NCBI GenBank assembly: GCA_001600815.1
Contig: BCKZ01000003.1
Location: 1,413,474-1,472,046 of the forward strand
Origin: Alloascoidea hylecoeti
Taxonomy: Eukaryota
Direction of reading: 5' to 3'
DNA: 58,573 nucleotides
A program made the position numbers and the translations under genes. This document shows, one piece after another, positions 46,056-58,573 of the stretch. The number at the start of each line of letters is the position of its first letter. The stretch's first letter is position 1. The notes under the pieces were generated by a model. That model was not told the DNA's origin and searched no databases. It worked only from the letters and a program-made list of their open reading frames with translations.

Positions 46056-47502
46056 ATGAGCGTTCTCCTCGAAACATCTGCAGGTATGTGGAATTTAGGT
46101 AAAAGACTCTATCTGATAGAATTTTTGACTAATAATTTTTTTTTTATTTTCTTTTCTTTTAGGCGATATTGTTATTGATTTGTACATTGACAAAGCTCCT
46201 CAAACAGCTTTAAATTTCTTAAAATTATGTAAAATCAAATATTATAACTTTTCGCCTTTCTATAACATTGAAAAAGAATATACTTGTGAATCAGGGGACC
46301 CAAATTATCCATTGGGTAATGGAGGTTCATCGATATGGGGTGTCATAGATAATCACGGAACTACAGAGGATAGCAACAATAGTCTCAAAAGATTCTTTAA
46401 ACCAGAAATAGATATTGATGATATCAAATTAACGCATAAGGAAATCGGGACGGTATCAATGGCAACGACTAAATCTGGAAATGATTATTTTGCAGCTTCA
46501 CAATTTATTATTACATTAGCTCCATATTTAAAACAACTAGATGGTAAAGTTGCTGTTTTTGGGAAAGTTGTTGAAGGTTTTGAGACTTTAACAAAAATAA
46601 ATAATGCTTTTGTTGATGATAAAGGGAGACCATTAAAAGACATACGGATTAATCATACATATATTCTGGAAGACCCGTTTCCAGATCCCCCTAATATTGA
46701 GTTACTTGAGAAAGAAACAAGTCCAGAACCAACACCTCTTCAATTATCTACTGTGAGATTAACTGAAAATGAACTGCTTGAAGATGATACTGAATCTACA
46801 GAAGCCATCCAAAAGAAACAACAACGTGAGATGAGATCACAAGCCCTTACATTGGAGATGATAGGAGATTTACCGTTTGCAGAGGTGAAACCAATGGAAA
46901 ATGTTTTATTTGTATGTAAATTAAATCCTGTTACACGAGATGAGGATCTTGAGTTGATTTTTTCAAGATTTGGCAAAATTGTTTCGTGTGAGGTTATTAG
47001 AGATAAAAGTACTGGGGATTCTTTACAGTATGCCTTTATTGAATTTGAAGAACAGGAAAATTGTGAAAGAGCATATTTCAAAATGGATGGGGTTTTAATT
47101 GATGAACATCGAATTCATGTTGATTTTTCACAGAGTGTTTCTAGATTGACTAGAAACTGGAGAGATGAGACCAATGCTCAGCGTAAAGCAGCTCACGGTT
47201 CTTCATTTCGAGAAACATTGAAGGAGAATACGAAGCGAGATTCGTATAGATCGGAAGGTAGAAAAAGAGACGAGAGAGATAATGATTATAGCAGAAGTAA
47301 TAGACATCGATCAAGATCTAGGCCTACATCTCGAGATAGGTATAGTGATCGAGATAGAAAACGAGAGAGAGAGCGGCCAAGAAGAGAAAATGATAAGTAT
47401 AGAAGTTCTGACCGTAATAGAGATGAAACTGCTCGTAGGTCTAGGTATGATCGTGATGATCAGGATTCTCGACATCGATCAGAAAGAAGATACTATAGAT
47501 AA
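46056..47502 (+). CDS. Cyclophilin-RRM protein (PPIL4/Rct1/Cyp6 type), 2 exons: 46056-46083 and 46163-47502
   Basis: [17 protein letters not shown] joined by a 79-nt intron GTATGT...GACTAAT...TAG. Cyclophilin domain, RRM ([21 protein letters not shown]) and RS/RD-rich tail. Confidence 0.93.
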
Positions 47503-47745
47503 TTGCATAATAATGAGATTTTAATGAAATAATTTCAAATTGCCGATAGTACAATTAAGTATGTACCATTTATCCATATATTAATCATACCATTTGCTCT
47601 TATTTTATGTACAGTTTAACCTTTTATAGGACGTACCATTTGTCTATACCCGAATCATACCATTTGTTTGGGTACATCTAAACACCCATCATAGGCAACC
47701 TCAAATAAATAAATCCCTTAAGATTCTTTATTCTTATCATTAATA

Positions 47746-48814
47746 ATGTCCCTAAGCTCATGGCGACAGTTTGCTTTTTTTGAAACTACACCTATTAGGG
47801 ATCCATCACTGGACTCTCCGATACCTTTATACTCAGACCTCTCATTAAGTACTATTGGTGAATGTGTTTTTGATACTGATAATTCATCAAAACCCAATAA
47901 TTTTCCCGGATTAAACAATGATAATAATAATAACAATAATGGGAATGGTAATAATAAGGATGGATTTTTAATTATTGCAAATAAACAATGTCAGATAAAA
48001 TTAATTGATTCCGAACTTCGATTAGTTGGATCATTTACTGCATATGAATCGGGATGGAATATAACACATGTTGGAGCTATTAAAGGAACAAGATTAATTT
48101 ATAGTGTTGCTGAATACCAAGGACATCCTGTTTCTATTAAATTATGGAATGTTGATAAGATCATCAAAGCAGATAGTAGTGATTTAAATAATGATACAAG
48201 AAGTACAACTATTAATGGTACAGAAAAAATAGATATAAATAAGTTTTATTCGATTGTTAATGTTACAAATGGTGACAATACATATCCATTAACCGCATTC
48301 ACGACATCTTTTGATTTTTCAGTATTGGCATTAGGGTACGGAAACGGAACTGTTGTGTTAGTTCGAGGTGATATTATACGTGATAGAGGATCTAGACAAC
48401 GAACAATTTATGAAAGTTCTGAGCCAGTTACAGGGCTACATTTTTATTCAAAATTCAGTACTAATACAAAAGGTGTCGATCCCCATCTTCTTTATATCTG
48501 TACTACATCAAGAATTTTAACAGTTTCAACAAATGGAAGAAATCAAGGAAAACCTGAAAAACTGTTAGAATCATCACGAGGTAGTGATATTGGTTGTGAT
48601 TGTATTAATGGTGAAACTGGCGAACTTATCATTGCAAGGGATGATTCAATTACTTATTATACCCCTGGTGGTAAAGGAACAAGTTTTGTTTATGAGATTC
48701 CTAAACGTGATATTATGATATATAAATCATATCTTGTTTTATCCTCACCTGCTAATGTTAAACGTGAATCAACATCTAACATGACTTCTATGCAACTTCA
48801 TAGATCAACAGATC

Positions 48815-48877
<63 letters not shown>

Positions 48878-51045
48878 GATCATCATCATCAAATGATATT
48901 TTAAATTCCATATTATCATCGAATTTTTTAAAAAGTACAAGTATTATTATAATTGATACACAACATAAATTTATAATATCAAATAGTCAAATAAGTGGTA
49001 CACCAAAAGCGTTTTTAACACTATGGAATAATCTTTATATTTTAAGTTCAGATGGAATTTTATATCAATATCATGAATTAAATTATAATGCATGGTTAGA
49101 AATTCTATTACAACGTCAATTATATCAAAATGCAATTGAATTGGCAGAAAGTTTGAATAATAATAATAATAATGAATCTAATAAAGATGGTATTGATGAG
49201 AAAAAAATAATTAGTATTCGGAAAAAATATGGGGATTATTTATATAATAAAGGTGAATTTTCAGATGCTATGAAACAATATTGTTTGATTATTAATGAAA
49301 ATGATGATGGTATGGGAACAAGTGAAATTATTCAAAAATATCGAGATCCAAGAAATGTAGAATGTTTAACTACATATCTAGAAACAATGGTATCTAAAGG
49401 AATTGCATCACGGGATCATTTAACACTTTTATTGAATAGTTACTGTAAGTTAAAAGATATTAAGAAACTTGAGAAGTTCATTAATGACACTGATATGAAT
49501 GGAAGTGAGAATGGGGAAGAGAAACAGTTATTAGATTTTGATTTAGAGGCAGTCATTGAATTATGTCGACAGAGTGAGTATTTTAAACAAGCTGCTTTAT
49601 TAGCATTAAAACATGGTGAAGTTGGAATCGTTGTTGATATTTGGTTAAGAGATTTACATGATGCGAAAAAAGTTTTGGCTTTTATAAGGAGTTTACCAGT
49701 TGAAGATACATTAAGAGTTTTAATTCAACATGCTAGGGTATTATTGGAAAGCTTACCACATGAAACTACAGCATTAATGATTGAATTATTCACTGGGCGA
49801 TACAAGCCTGAAGAAACCGATTTAGATTATATTTTCAATGATACTTCTGAACATGTTAATGTTAATGGAAGTGTAAGAGATGATATAAGTGGAACAGGAA
49901 GTGGGAGTTACCTACCACCTGTTTTAACAAGTTATACTGCCTTTTTATCGTATATGCATTTAACTCCTAATAAATCGCATTTTGTTATCGAAGAGCCGAC
50001 ATATCATCCACCTCGTCCTAGACTTATCTTCCCATCATTTGTCAATCAACCTAATGAATTCATCATTCTTCTGGAAGCTTGTGTTGAAAGTTATGACAAA
50101 TTTCATGGAAATGCAAAAGATTTAAAGGATATCTATACAACATTATTTGAAATGTATTTACAAAGTGCTTCGAATGAAAACGACATTGTTAAAAAAGAAG
50201 AATGGAATACAAAAGCCATAGAATTGGGGAATAAAATGAAGGAATTAGATATTGATTCTGGTATGATATTACTCTTATCTAATTTAAATGGATTCTTCGA
50301 ACAAGGTGCACAATTGATTGCAAGTGAAAATGGAACAGGCTATCATACCGATTTATATCGAAATGCGGTTGTTATTGAAGATGTTCCAAAATCAATTCAA
50401 ATTTTAACAAAATATGGGGATATAGAGAAAGATCTCTATAGAATAGCTTTAAATTTTTATGTTTCTAAAACTGAGATTTTTGAAAAGGTTGGGGAAGAAG
50501 AATTTAAAAGGGTCTTGGGGAAAATTAAAGAAGAGAAATTGATGACACCTTTGGAAATCATAGAAGCATTGAGTGTGAGTGACGTTGCTAGTATTGGGTT
50601 AATTAAGGATTATTTGATTGAATATATTGAATTGGAACAACAAGACATAACGAATAATGAAAGGTTAACTGAAAGTTACCGTAGTGAAGCGGCTAGTAAA
50701 CAGGAGGAATTGGATCATTTGATGAAAGATCCACAAACAATACAGAATACGCGATGTGGGGTTTGTGGGAACCCCTTAGAACTTCCGGTTGTGCACTTTT
50801 TATGTGGACACTCTTTTGATGTTAGGTGCTTGGGGGATACTGATGGAGATAGAAGAGATCCAAAATGTCCTATGTGTTCACAACAGGCCCAGGCTGTCGA
50901 GGCAGTAAGACGCAAGCAGGATGAGCTTGCTGATCGTCATGAATTATTCAGGATCAGTCTTGGGCGAGAGACGGACCGTGTGAAGGTTATTACTGATTTC
51001 TATGGTCGTGGGGTAATGGAGCAGATGCATCATGTCCAGATTTAA
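47746..51045 (+). CDS. VPS11: HOPS/CORVET class C subunit Vps11 (Pep5)
   Basis: MSLSSWRQFAFF start, beta-propeller, clathrin-repeat-like region (KKYGDYLY, HLTLLLNSYCKLKD), C-terminal RING (CGVCGNPLELPVVHFLCGHSF...CPMC). Confidence 0.96.
48826..48876 (+). repeat. (AAT)17 microsatellite encoding poly-Asn in VPS11
   Basis: Perfect trinucleotide run, in frame. Confidence 0.95.
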
Positions 51046-51433
51046 TTTATTATTAATCCTAACATTTTCATTTTCCATCTTATAATGCTTTATAAGGGTC
51101 TCTAGAACAGTAATATTTTAGTGGGCATAATAAATATAATGCCAAAAAATCAGTTATATTAACAATTTTATAAGAAATGATCATCACAAATATAATATCA
51201 TACGTAAAGTTAGAATAATAGCTTGATTATAAAAGTATATTGGTTAATTAAAATAATTTCTAAGCTAAGATTTTAAGGTTAAATCTCATTTGCAAATAAA
51301 CTTCGTCACTTTTCAGATTAAAATTTACGACTTATTGCAGTATCCCCACGTGACCACGCGTACTCCTAGATCTTTTGCATATATTTAGCCAAACTTCTCT
51401 TTGTCCAAATCTTTGCAAAATCGACATATCATC

Positions 51434-54163
51434 ATGTCTTTGCTGTGTTCTTCTTTAGCCGAGCTCATCCAGACTGAGCACGACTACTGGAACGATCTTT
51501 CGTTAGCTTTATCTGTTTACGAGAATCTGTTGTCTCATCCACTTTTTTCAAAAGCACATCTCCTGTCGCAATCAGACCTTTCTTCAATCTTTGGAAATAT
51601 TCGACCTCTTCTCGACATTTCTTCTCGGTTTATAAAAGATTGCAAAGCTCACGGACTTCTCCTCGATGAAAAAGGGGTTTTGAGTCTAGATGTCTCTACT
51701 ATCGCTAAAGTTTTCCCTCCCATATTTAACAGCTATCTCGAATCTTTTGAGCCTTACAAAGAATACACTACATCCCGTCCTTTTCAACTAGCTACGCTTC
51801 GACGAGTTGTGGAATTTGGGGGATCTGACGTTGAAGCTTGGTTATCAGAAGGGGATCGTCGGATCAGGGGCAGAACCAAAGCATGGAACTTGGAAACATT
51901 GCTAATCAAGCCTGTTCAACGAATGTTAAAATACAGATTGTTAATATCTAGAATGAGGGATGATATAGCTTCTCAAATCCAAATACAAGCCGAAAAGCCT
52001 TCTTTAGAAATTTCAAACCCAAAAGTACGAGATGTATCAGATATGTCAGAATCGAAAATGTCAATAAATATAAATAGAAATTCCATGACATCTTTTGAGA
52101 CACACACCTCATCGATCAAAAATACGACAACTGCCTCTCTGCAGCATATTGTAATTGACTTATATGATTGGGACATTCTTCTAAGCAAACTTGATATTTT
52201 TGCTGCATCTGTTGACTCTAATATAACCAAATCTTCTACAATAGCAGGGAACTCCACTATTACAACTTCACTAGATGACCCTGACTCAATATTGGAACAA
52301 CATTTGATGATTAATGATGCGGAATACTCAGTTATGGTACAGAAGTTTAGAGCTAAGTACAATGCTTTGTTAGAATTTCAAAAGAAGGTTGAGTCATCCA
52401 TGGAGAGCTTTAAAGAAAGTCATGATATTATGCAGAACATAAGTTCCTTGTGGAAAGAACATTTTAATTATGCAAACCATGAACCTTTTCCAAGCTTCAC
52501 CAAATTAGCAGCGCACTCGCCTTCAGATGGCAAACCTCCACCAGAAAGTCTTGTAGAGGGTAATATCAATGGCAATTACAAATCCGCTATGAGAACCACA
52601 AACTCAGAGGGTGTCGCATTATCCAGTTGTCGCACCTCCTTTATATCCACCTCATCATCTTCTTCTTCTTCTCCCCGGGCTACTTTTTCTATTTCCTCTG
52701 GATCCCTGGCAACGGAAATGTCTTCATCTACTAATCAGTCCGTAGCTGCTGGCTCAGCTGGACAGATAACACCAAGTATTCATGCTACAGACACTATTAC
52801 ACCTCCTACTATTCCATTACCACCTTCTCGATGCTCAACACCGCCATCAACAATCAACGGCAACTCTGATGATGATGATGAAATTAATTTGGAAACAAAG
52901 CAAATTTTGCTCTCAGCTTCACCTCCACCACCAATAATAGTAGCACCAGATTTCTTTAACAGACAATCTAATTTTACTATTTTAACTACATTATTAACCG
53001 CAAACGTCCTCAAACCTATCGAAGAAGCAATTGATCTATGCAATGGCCCTAGAGAATTAATATTCAAGCATTCAACTCATAGAAATGCATATCATCAATA
53101 TATCAAGGCGACTAAATCAATGGGTAAGACATTAATGGCTTCACCATTGGTGAAACAAAGGAACTCTTCTGGTTTATTTAATACTGGTTCCAATCCATCA
53201 AATGAAAATGTTGGAGGCAAAGGCATTCGACAAAAATTAAGGAACAGCGCTAAGAGACATAGTACAGGACGTGTTGGAAGTGGATTATTTAACAGTTCAA
53301 ACTCATCTTTTGGGTTTCAACGTGGTAGTATGGTATTTTCAAATGCAAGTTCTGTATCAATATCAAAGAATGATATAGAGACACAATTCCGTGATCCAAC
53401 AATCTCAGCAGGAACTGGAAATGGAAAACGTTCACGGTCTGGTTCATCTATACAATCTGTTCAATATAGTGATAGTGATTTTGATGAAGATGAAAACTTA
53501 AAGAGAATTAATAACATTCATCGTGGGTTTAGTGAAATAGACTTAGGTGGGCCATTAACTCCGAAAAGTACTATTACCTCTAGCAATCATAATAGTGCGT
53601 CATCACCTTCATCACGAAGAAGTAGCATTACAAATATTATTAGTTTTTCAAACTTTACTTTAACAAATTCAATTAAAAAATCACAATCACAACAAGAATT
53701 AGCAAGAAATACAAATTTTAATACAACATCAACATCAATTAATAGTAATTTAAATCAATTTCAATTTCAAAATCAAAATCAATTTCAAAGTCCAAATTCA
53801 TCAATTTCAAAACAAAAACGTAAATTAAGACCACAAGCAGTAAGTTATATTCAAATAACAAATAAATTATTATCACAATTACCTCGTTTAATGTCACAAC
53901 TCGATTCATTATTATCTACTTTAATTACTGTTTATATTAACGTTATTTCATTTTGGTTATTGAAATTTGCAAGATGTCCAATACATATGAGAGGTGATGT
54001 TAAAAAATCAATAATTTCTAAAGATGATGCTAAAAAAGCTAATGATGAAAGTAAAAGGAAATTAAAAGAAGATATGGATGATATTGTGGAAAGTTTCCAT
54101 CATATGAAAAACACATTAATAAAGAGTGGTAAATTCAATACAATCGTAAATTTAAAATATTAA
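51434..54163 (+). CDS. Dbl-homology RhoGEF-domain protein, possibly with a split BAR-like helical region
   Basis: ELIQTEHDYWNDL, IFGNIRPLL and LETLLIKPVQRMLKYRLLI are DH-domain motifs; long Ser-rich insertions follow. First ATG at 51434. Confidence 0.82.
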   Translation: MSLLCSSLAELIQTEHDYWNDLSLALSVYENLLSHPLFSKAHLLSQSDLSSIFGNIRPLLDISSRFIKDCKAHGLLLDEKGVLSLDVSTIAKVFPPIFNSYLESFEPYKEYTTSRPFQLATLRRVVEFGGSDVEAWLSEGDRRIRGRTKAWNLETLLIKPVQRMLKYRLLISRMRDDIASQIQIQAEKPSLEISNPKVRDVSDMSESKMSININRNSMTSFETHTSSIKNTTTASLQHIVIDLYDWDILLSKLDIFAASVDSNITKSSTIAGNSTITTSLDDPDSILEQHLMINDAEYSVMVQKFRAKYNALLEFQKKVESSMESFKESHDIMQNISSLWKEHFNYANHEPFPSFTKLAAHSPSDGKPPPESLVEGNINGNYKSAMRTTNSEGVALSSCRTSFISTSSSSSSSPRATFSISSGSLATEMSSSTNQSVAAGSAGQITPSIHATDTITPPTIPLPPSRCSTPPSTINGNSDDDDEINLETKQILLSASPPPPIIVAPDFFNRQSNFTILTTLLTANVLKPIEEAIDLCNGPRELIFKHSTHRNAYHQYIKATKSMGKTLMASPLVKQRNSSGLFNTGSNPSNENVGGKGIRQKLRNSAKRHSTGRVGSGLFNSSNSSFGFQRGSMVFSNASSVSISKNDIETQFRDPTISAGTGNGKRSRSGSSIQSVQYSDSDFDEDENLKRINNIHRGFSEIDLGGPLTPKSTITSSNHNSASSPSSRRSSITNIISFSNFTLTNSIKKSQSQQELARNTNFNTTSTSINSNLNQFQFQNQNQFQSPNSSISKQKRKLRPQAVSYIQITNKLLSQLPRLMSQLDSLLSTLITVYINVISFWLLKFARCPIHMRGDVKKSIISKDDAKKANDESKRKLKEDMDDIVESFHHMKNTLIKSGKFNTIVNLKY

Positions 54164-54869
54164 CTTTAAGCACGTACATAGGAATATTATATTTTTGGAA
54201 CATCAAAGTTGATAAAAAATTAAATCTTTGAATGGTTATATAAATATTCATATTGTGCTATGATGATACCCCGGGTTATTTTTGTTATAAATGTTATTGT
54301 TATTATCTGATGATTAAAGTTTTTAAATGATATATTGATGCCGATTTTGGAGTTGTTACGGTATCTCACAAATTTCTTTGTTTTTCATGGATTCAAGTTC
54401 ATATTTTTTCTGTAGCTCTTAAACTATAGCTATGACAAAATTTTTCATATTTTATAATAAATCTATCTCCTGTATATATCCTGTCCATATTTTATTCTTT
54501 CTCATTTCGAATTCTTTTAATTTTCATATTCTTATCTTAGAATCTAACATTTTTGAATAAATAATAAATGTTTGATATTTTTTATTAATCTTAAATAACT
54601 TATAACTTATATTATATCTTGGTCAGTATATATTACAATCATCAATTACACGAAAGGATTTTATTCTAATTTTTTACATAGTGTTTCTCTTTCTTTATTT
54701 TTTTTCATATATTGTGATCTTTGTATTTCTTTTTGCTTCTTTGGTGTGCTAGACACTTGCAATTTCATGAGTTTTTAAATAGAAATTTAAATATATCCAG
54801 AATCAGCCATGTTTGGGCGATAATTTGTGGTCAACTTGGCCGAATATTTTGTCAATTAAGTTGTTTATA

Positions 54870-55016
54870 TCTAATCTATTTAGCATATTAAAGACTTATA
54901 TGAGTCCAGAACGATGAAGTAGAAGTATGAGTGATATCCGGAAGTTTTGAGAGGGGTATTGAAATGAGAATGAGAATGGAATGTTAGTCTTAGGATTAAC
55001 TCATGGTTCTGTTACA
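54870..55016 (-). repeat. Partial LTR-like repeat homologous to 4219-4370
   Basis: Begins TGTAAC on the minus strand and aligns with the 4.2-kb copy over about 130 bp. Confidence 0.45.
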
Positions 55017-56478
55017 TATAAAATTAGTACATCACGTGGAAAGTTTTAGTTGAAAAGGCCGAATATTTAGTCAGCGTGTGTAGGATTATGGAGCCTTGTA
55101 ACAATACCCCGGAGCCCTCCAATAATAATAACAAATTCTTGTATGAATAAATAGTAGTCATCGATTTGGCTATATACAAAATGATAAAACTACCGTATTA
55201 ATCCCTCTGCATAGACATAATTACTATATGTGTGTTTGGAACTATCGATACCTACAGTAATATACTACATACACTGCATACACACAAATGTTTGTTAATA
55301 TACACGATTTTCACATAGGTAGATATAGTTAAGAAGTCAAAACCAGAACTCTGATTACGGTGATAATTATTATATTTCCTGATTCAACAAATAGATTACG
55401 GTGTAACAATAATTAAAAGAGAAGAAGTGAAAAATATTGTTAATAAGAAAACTATATACTGTTTATTATACTTAATTACAAGTTATAAGATATAGAAAGT
55501 TTTAAGATACATTTATATTACGTCCTCAAATATTTCCTGATATCTCAATGCAAATCAATAAAAACTAGAAACCAGTTAAATTCTATTTACCGCGGCCATT
55601 TAACTATCCATTGTCTTTAAAAAGTTATTAATGTTTTTAGCTGTAAGGATTGTCAGCTACAATAATTAACTATAGATGTGAACGAGCTTCTGCACAAATA
55701 TAGCTGGAAAATGAAAGACAATGTTCAAAATAATTTCTTAAGTTTCTTGTTCCCAAGAAAATTTCTCGGTTATTACCTCAGTCATTAATATTTCCCTGTA
55801 AGTGTGTACATGGTGTTATATAATATCTTTTTTATGATCCTGTGATCAATCCGAGAGATTTATTGACAATTAATAATCCGTATACTAGGCCTGTAATCGC
55901 ATGTATATATATATAATATTTTATATAAGTATTAATTTATAATCACTTGTTTCTAGTTCTACATAAGTTCTTATTAATAGTTTTCATACCTTATATCAAT
56001 GATGTATTTTGTAATAATACTGATTTTTTGTTTTACCATCATCTAATTTTAAGTTCTCTTGTCTTTGTCTGTTTGTTCATATAGAGATATTAAATTTACT
56101 CGATATATATTTTTTTGTTCCTTCTCCTCCTTGAGTTTCACTAACTCTTGCATAGTTTGATTTAGTTGTTTAATATAAATCTTTAAGCTCATCGTAGTGT
56201 ATGTAGTTTTAAAAGGCTATCGGGAAATTATTCATATATTCTCAGCTACTTTTCTAAAATGGAATTTATCCACTATATATATATATCTAATTTATTTCTA
56301 ATCGAAACCTCAAAACGGTTCCTTGATTCAACCTTAATTTTTCAACTTAATAATCTAATCCCAATATATTTCGTTAATTTTCGTATATATATATTATTAT
56401 GTTCATAAATATTATGATAATTACAGGTTATAATGTTTCTGCTAATTACGAATCACTAGTTATTCCCTCATTAGAAGG

Positions 56479-56511
56479 TTACTAAATGATCCGCTACTTC
56501 AATATTACTAA
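56479..56511 (+). promoter_or_regulatory. Two TTACTAA motifs (Yap1/AP-1 response element consensus) upstream of SDR copy 1
   Basis: TTACTAA at 56479 and 56505, about 240-265 bp upstream of the ATG; retained in the paralogous promoter. Confidence 0.5.
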
Positions 56512-56743
56512 TGAATCCGTTAAATCCAGTTAGCTTAGGTTATTATTGTAATTAAAACTGTATAGTTCCATTTTATTCAGGAATTATATCGCTGCATTTC
56601 GTAATATCGTATTGTACTATAACACCTAACAGTATCAATATAAATAACATTCAATTACTTTACTTCTTAATCATAAACTTGAATTAATTCAAATTAAACT
56701 TGAAATTAACAGTATATCAACTCTACTTATTGCAACTCTAAAA

Positions 56744-57505
56744 ATGACAACCGTTTATTTTATCTCTGGTGGAAATAGAGGAATTGGNTTTTCCTTTGTT
56801 AAANAATTATTTTTACATTCTGATAATCTAGTTATTGCTTCTGCAAGAAATTCAGATAAAGCTACAGAGTTACAAGAATGGTCTAAGAAACATCCTAATA
56901 CCAAAATCGTCAAACTTGATGTTTCAAGTGAGGACAGTATTGCCGGTTTACTTGATCAAGTTTCTAAATATACTAATGGAATTGATGTTTTGATCTCAAA
57001 TGCTGGAATCGGTGGTGGGAATACTATACCAATACTAGAAACCCCGGCTTCTGATTTCACCAAAATATTTACCGTCAACTCAATCGGTCCAGTTTTACTT
57101 GTTAGAGCACTTCGTCCATTTTTATCAAAAAGGATATCACCTAAAATCATCTTCATTTCTAGTCTTATTGGATCTATTGGCGCAACTACTACTGATATTN
57201 TTCCGGCATATGGGGCATCCAAAGCAGCGCTTAATTATTATATGAAGGTATTATCTATAAATTTAAAGAAAGATGGTATCATTGTTACTTCGTTTCACCC
57301 GGGTGTGGTAGCAACTGATATGAGTAAAAAGTTTCTTAAAACATTTGGTCTTAAAAAAGGTGATCAAACTGAGTACGAAGATCAAAAGTTCAAGGTATTA
57401 TCCACCAATGAATCCGTTTCTTCTATTTTGAAAGTTGTGAGTAGTCTTACTATTGAGNATTCTGGATCATTTTTAAATTATGGAGGAGAACCTTTACCGT
57501 TCTAA
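56744..57505 (+). CDS. Short-chain dehydrogenase/reductase (C-factor/CsgA-like classical SDR); contains four ambiguous bases
   Basis: SGGNRGIG-type cofactor motif (last codon ggn), ISNAG, catalytic YGASK, HPGVVATDM. Confidence 0.92.
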   Translation: MTTVYFISGGNRGIXFSFVKXLFLHSDNLVIASARNSDKATELQEWSKKHPNTKIVKLDVSSEDSIAGLLDQVSKYTNGIDVLISNAGIGGGNTIPILETPASDFTKIFTVNSIGPVLLVRALRPFLSKRISPKIIFISSLIGSIGATTTDIXPAYGASKAALNYYMKVLSINLKKDGIIVTSFHPGVVATDMSKKFLKTFGLKKGDQTEYEDQKFKVLSTNESVSSILKVVSSLTIEXSGSFLNYGGEPLPF

Positions 57506-58240
57506 GTATATTTTATTTGTTTATATCATATACAATATTAATACATGTAGATGGTTGGTTATATAAATTTACTAGCATTGATAGTTTGTTATATTTCTAT
57601 TTACACTAAATTATGATGTCCATTTTCATAAATACAGTGAACTAAAATCCCACAAAGATATATATTAAGGAAAGTATTTTTCAAATTACTTGATTTAATA
57701 AAAGGCTAAGAAAATTTTGGGAAGTTGTGAATCATGATGTGGCCGAGTATTTGATTTAAATAGTGGCCACATATTAAGTGTTTAGCGGCCGAATATTTAT
57801 TGAGTTATGATTAGAGGGCAACGAAAGTTACGAATATGTAGATATTGTTGTTCCAATTTCATGCCCAAGAACTTTATTTTTCTGTAACTGTTAGCTTATA
57901 TGGTATTATATAATAACCTACGAATGTCGTGTGATCAATCCATCAACACATGTTGGTACACCTTCAAATGAATAGGCAAATAATCCCTTAGTTTACATAT
58001 ACAATAGTATACATGTGTATCTTCTTCTTGCTCCTACAGCTTTCATACTTTATTAATATACTGTTTATTATAATGATATTACAGTAGCTGGTTGATTTTT
58101 TGCTTTATCATTATCTAAAAATAACTATCTAGTTCTGCATGTTCATACTAGATATTGAATATTTTACATTTTAGTTACAAATCTGATTATAGAACAATTA
58201 TAACAGAAATATATTCATTCCGATGATTCCAGAATCCAGA

Positions 58241-58299
58241 TTACTAATTCATCCGCCATTTCTACATTACTAATTGATCTCTCACTTCAAGATTACTAA
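58241..58299 (+). promoter_or_regulatory. Three TTACTAA motifs spaced 26 bp apart upstream of SDR copy 2
   Basis: TTACTAA at 58241, 58267 and 58293. Confidence 0.55.
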
Positions 58300-58529
58300 T
58301 GAATCCGTTAATTCCAGCTCAGATTACTATCAGATTACTGTTCTAATTAGAATTGAAAATTTCTATATTATTCTGGGATATATCGCTACAATTCGAAACA
58401 TGTTATGGATATAAATAACATTCAATATCATTCCTTCTTCTCAATTGTAAAAATAATTATAAAAATAATTTNTTATAATTAAATTTGAAATTAACTTCAA
58501 TTTATACTCTATCTATTGCAATTCTGAAA

Positions 58530-58573
58530 ATGACAACCGTTTATTTTATCTCTGGGGGAAATAGAGGAATTGG
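58530..58573 (+). CDS. Start of a second tandem SDR paralogue (truncated by the window end)
   Basis: ATGACAACCGTTTATTTTATCTCTGGGGGAAATAGAGGAATTGG differs from the start of the 56744 gene at one synonymous site; upstream sequence is also homologous. Confidence 0.85.
   Translation, partial: MTTVYFISGGNRGI

Noticed and set aside
39623..53067. Antisense ORFs inside STE11, the cyclophilin, VPS11 and the RhoGEF gene
   Set aside because: Shadow frames of real genes with no independent motifs.
55520..55790. Copia RNase H C-terminal remnant on the minus strand
   Set aside because: Resemblance needs several frameshifts; not distinguishable from chance without a search.

Overview
AT-rich eukaryotic DNA, apparently from an ascomycete yeast. 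It has short GT-AG introns and an intron-containing tRNA-Tyr. CTG falls at conserved Leu positions of Ste11, so the standard code is likely. The window mixes a conserved housekeeping block (UTR2/CRH2, acid phosphatase, YHB1, DLD1, MFS, STE11, RRM-cyclophilin, VPS11, RhoGEF, tandem SDRs) with a transposon-littered accessory region. The main feature is a local birth-and-death array of nine related F-box/WD40 genes (3 intact, 6 broken) that resemble FWD-1/Pof11/beta-TrCP. Their scaffolds are conserved, but the predicted substrate-binding positions are highly variable. One broken copy is fused in frame to a captured eIF3a C-terminal fragment, and another carries a captured N-terminal coiled-coil module. 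An unrelated F-box gene sits between two inverted Tc1-family remnants. Also found: a 324-bp solo-LTR-like insertion with a target-site duplication inside the UTR2 coding sequence, a 360-bp foldback element, a 263-bp element bounded by inverted repeats, and pogo and probable LINE remnants. All family assignments come from motif recognition by eye; no database searches were run.
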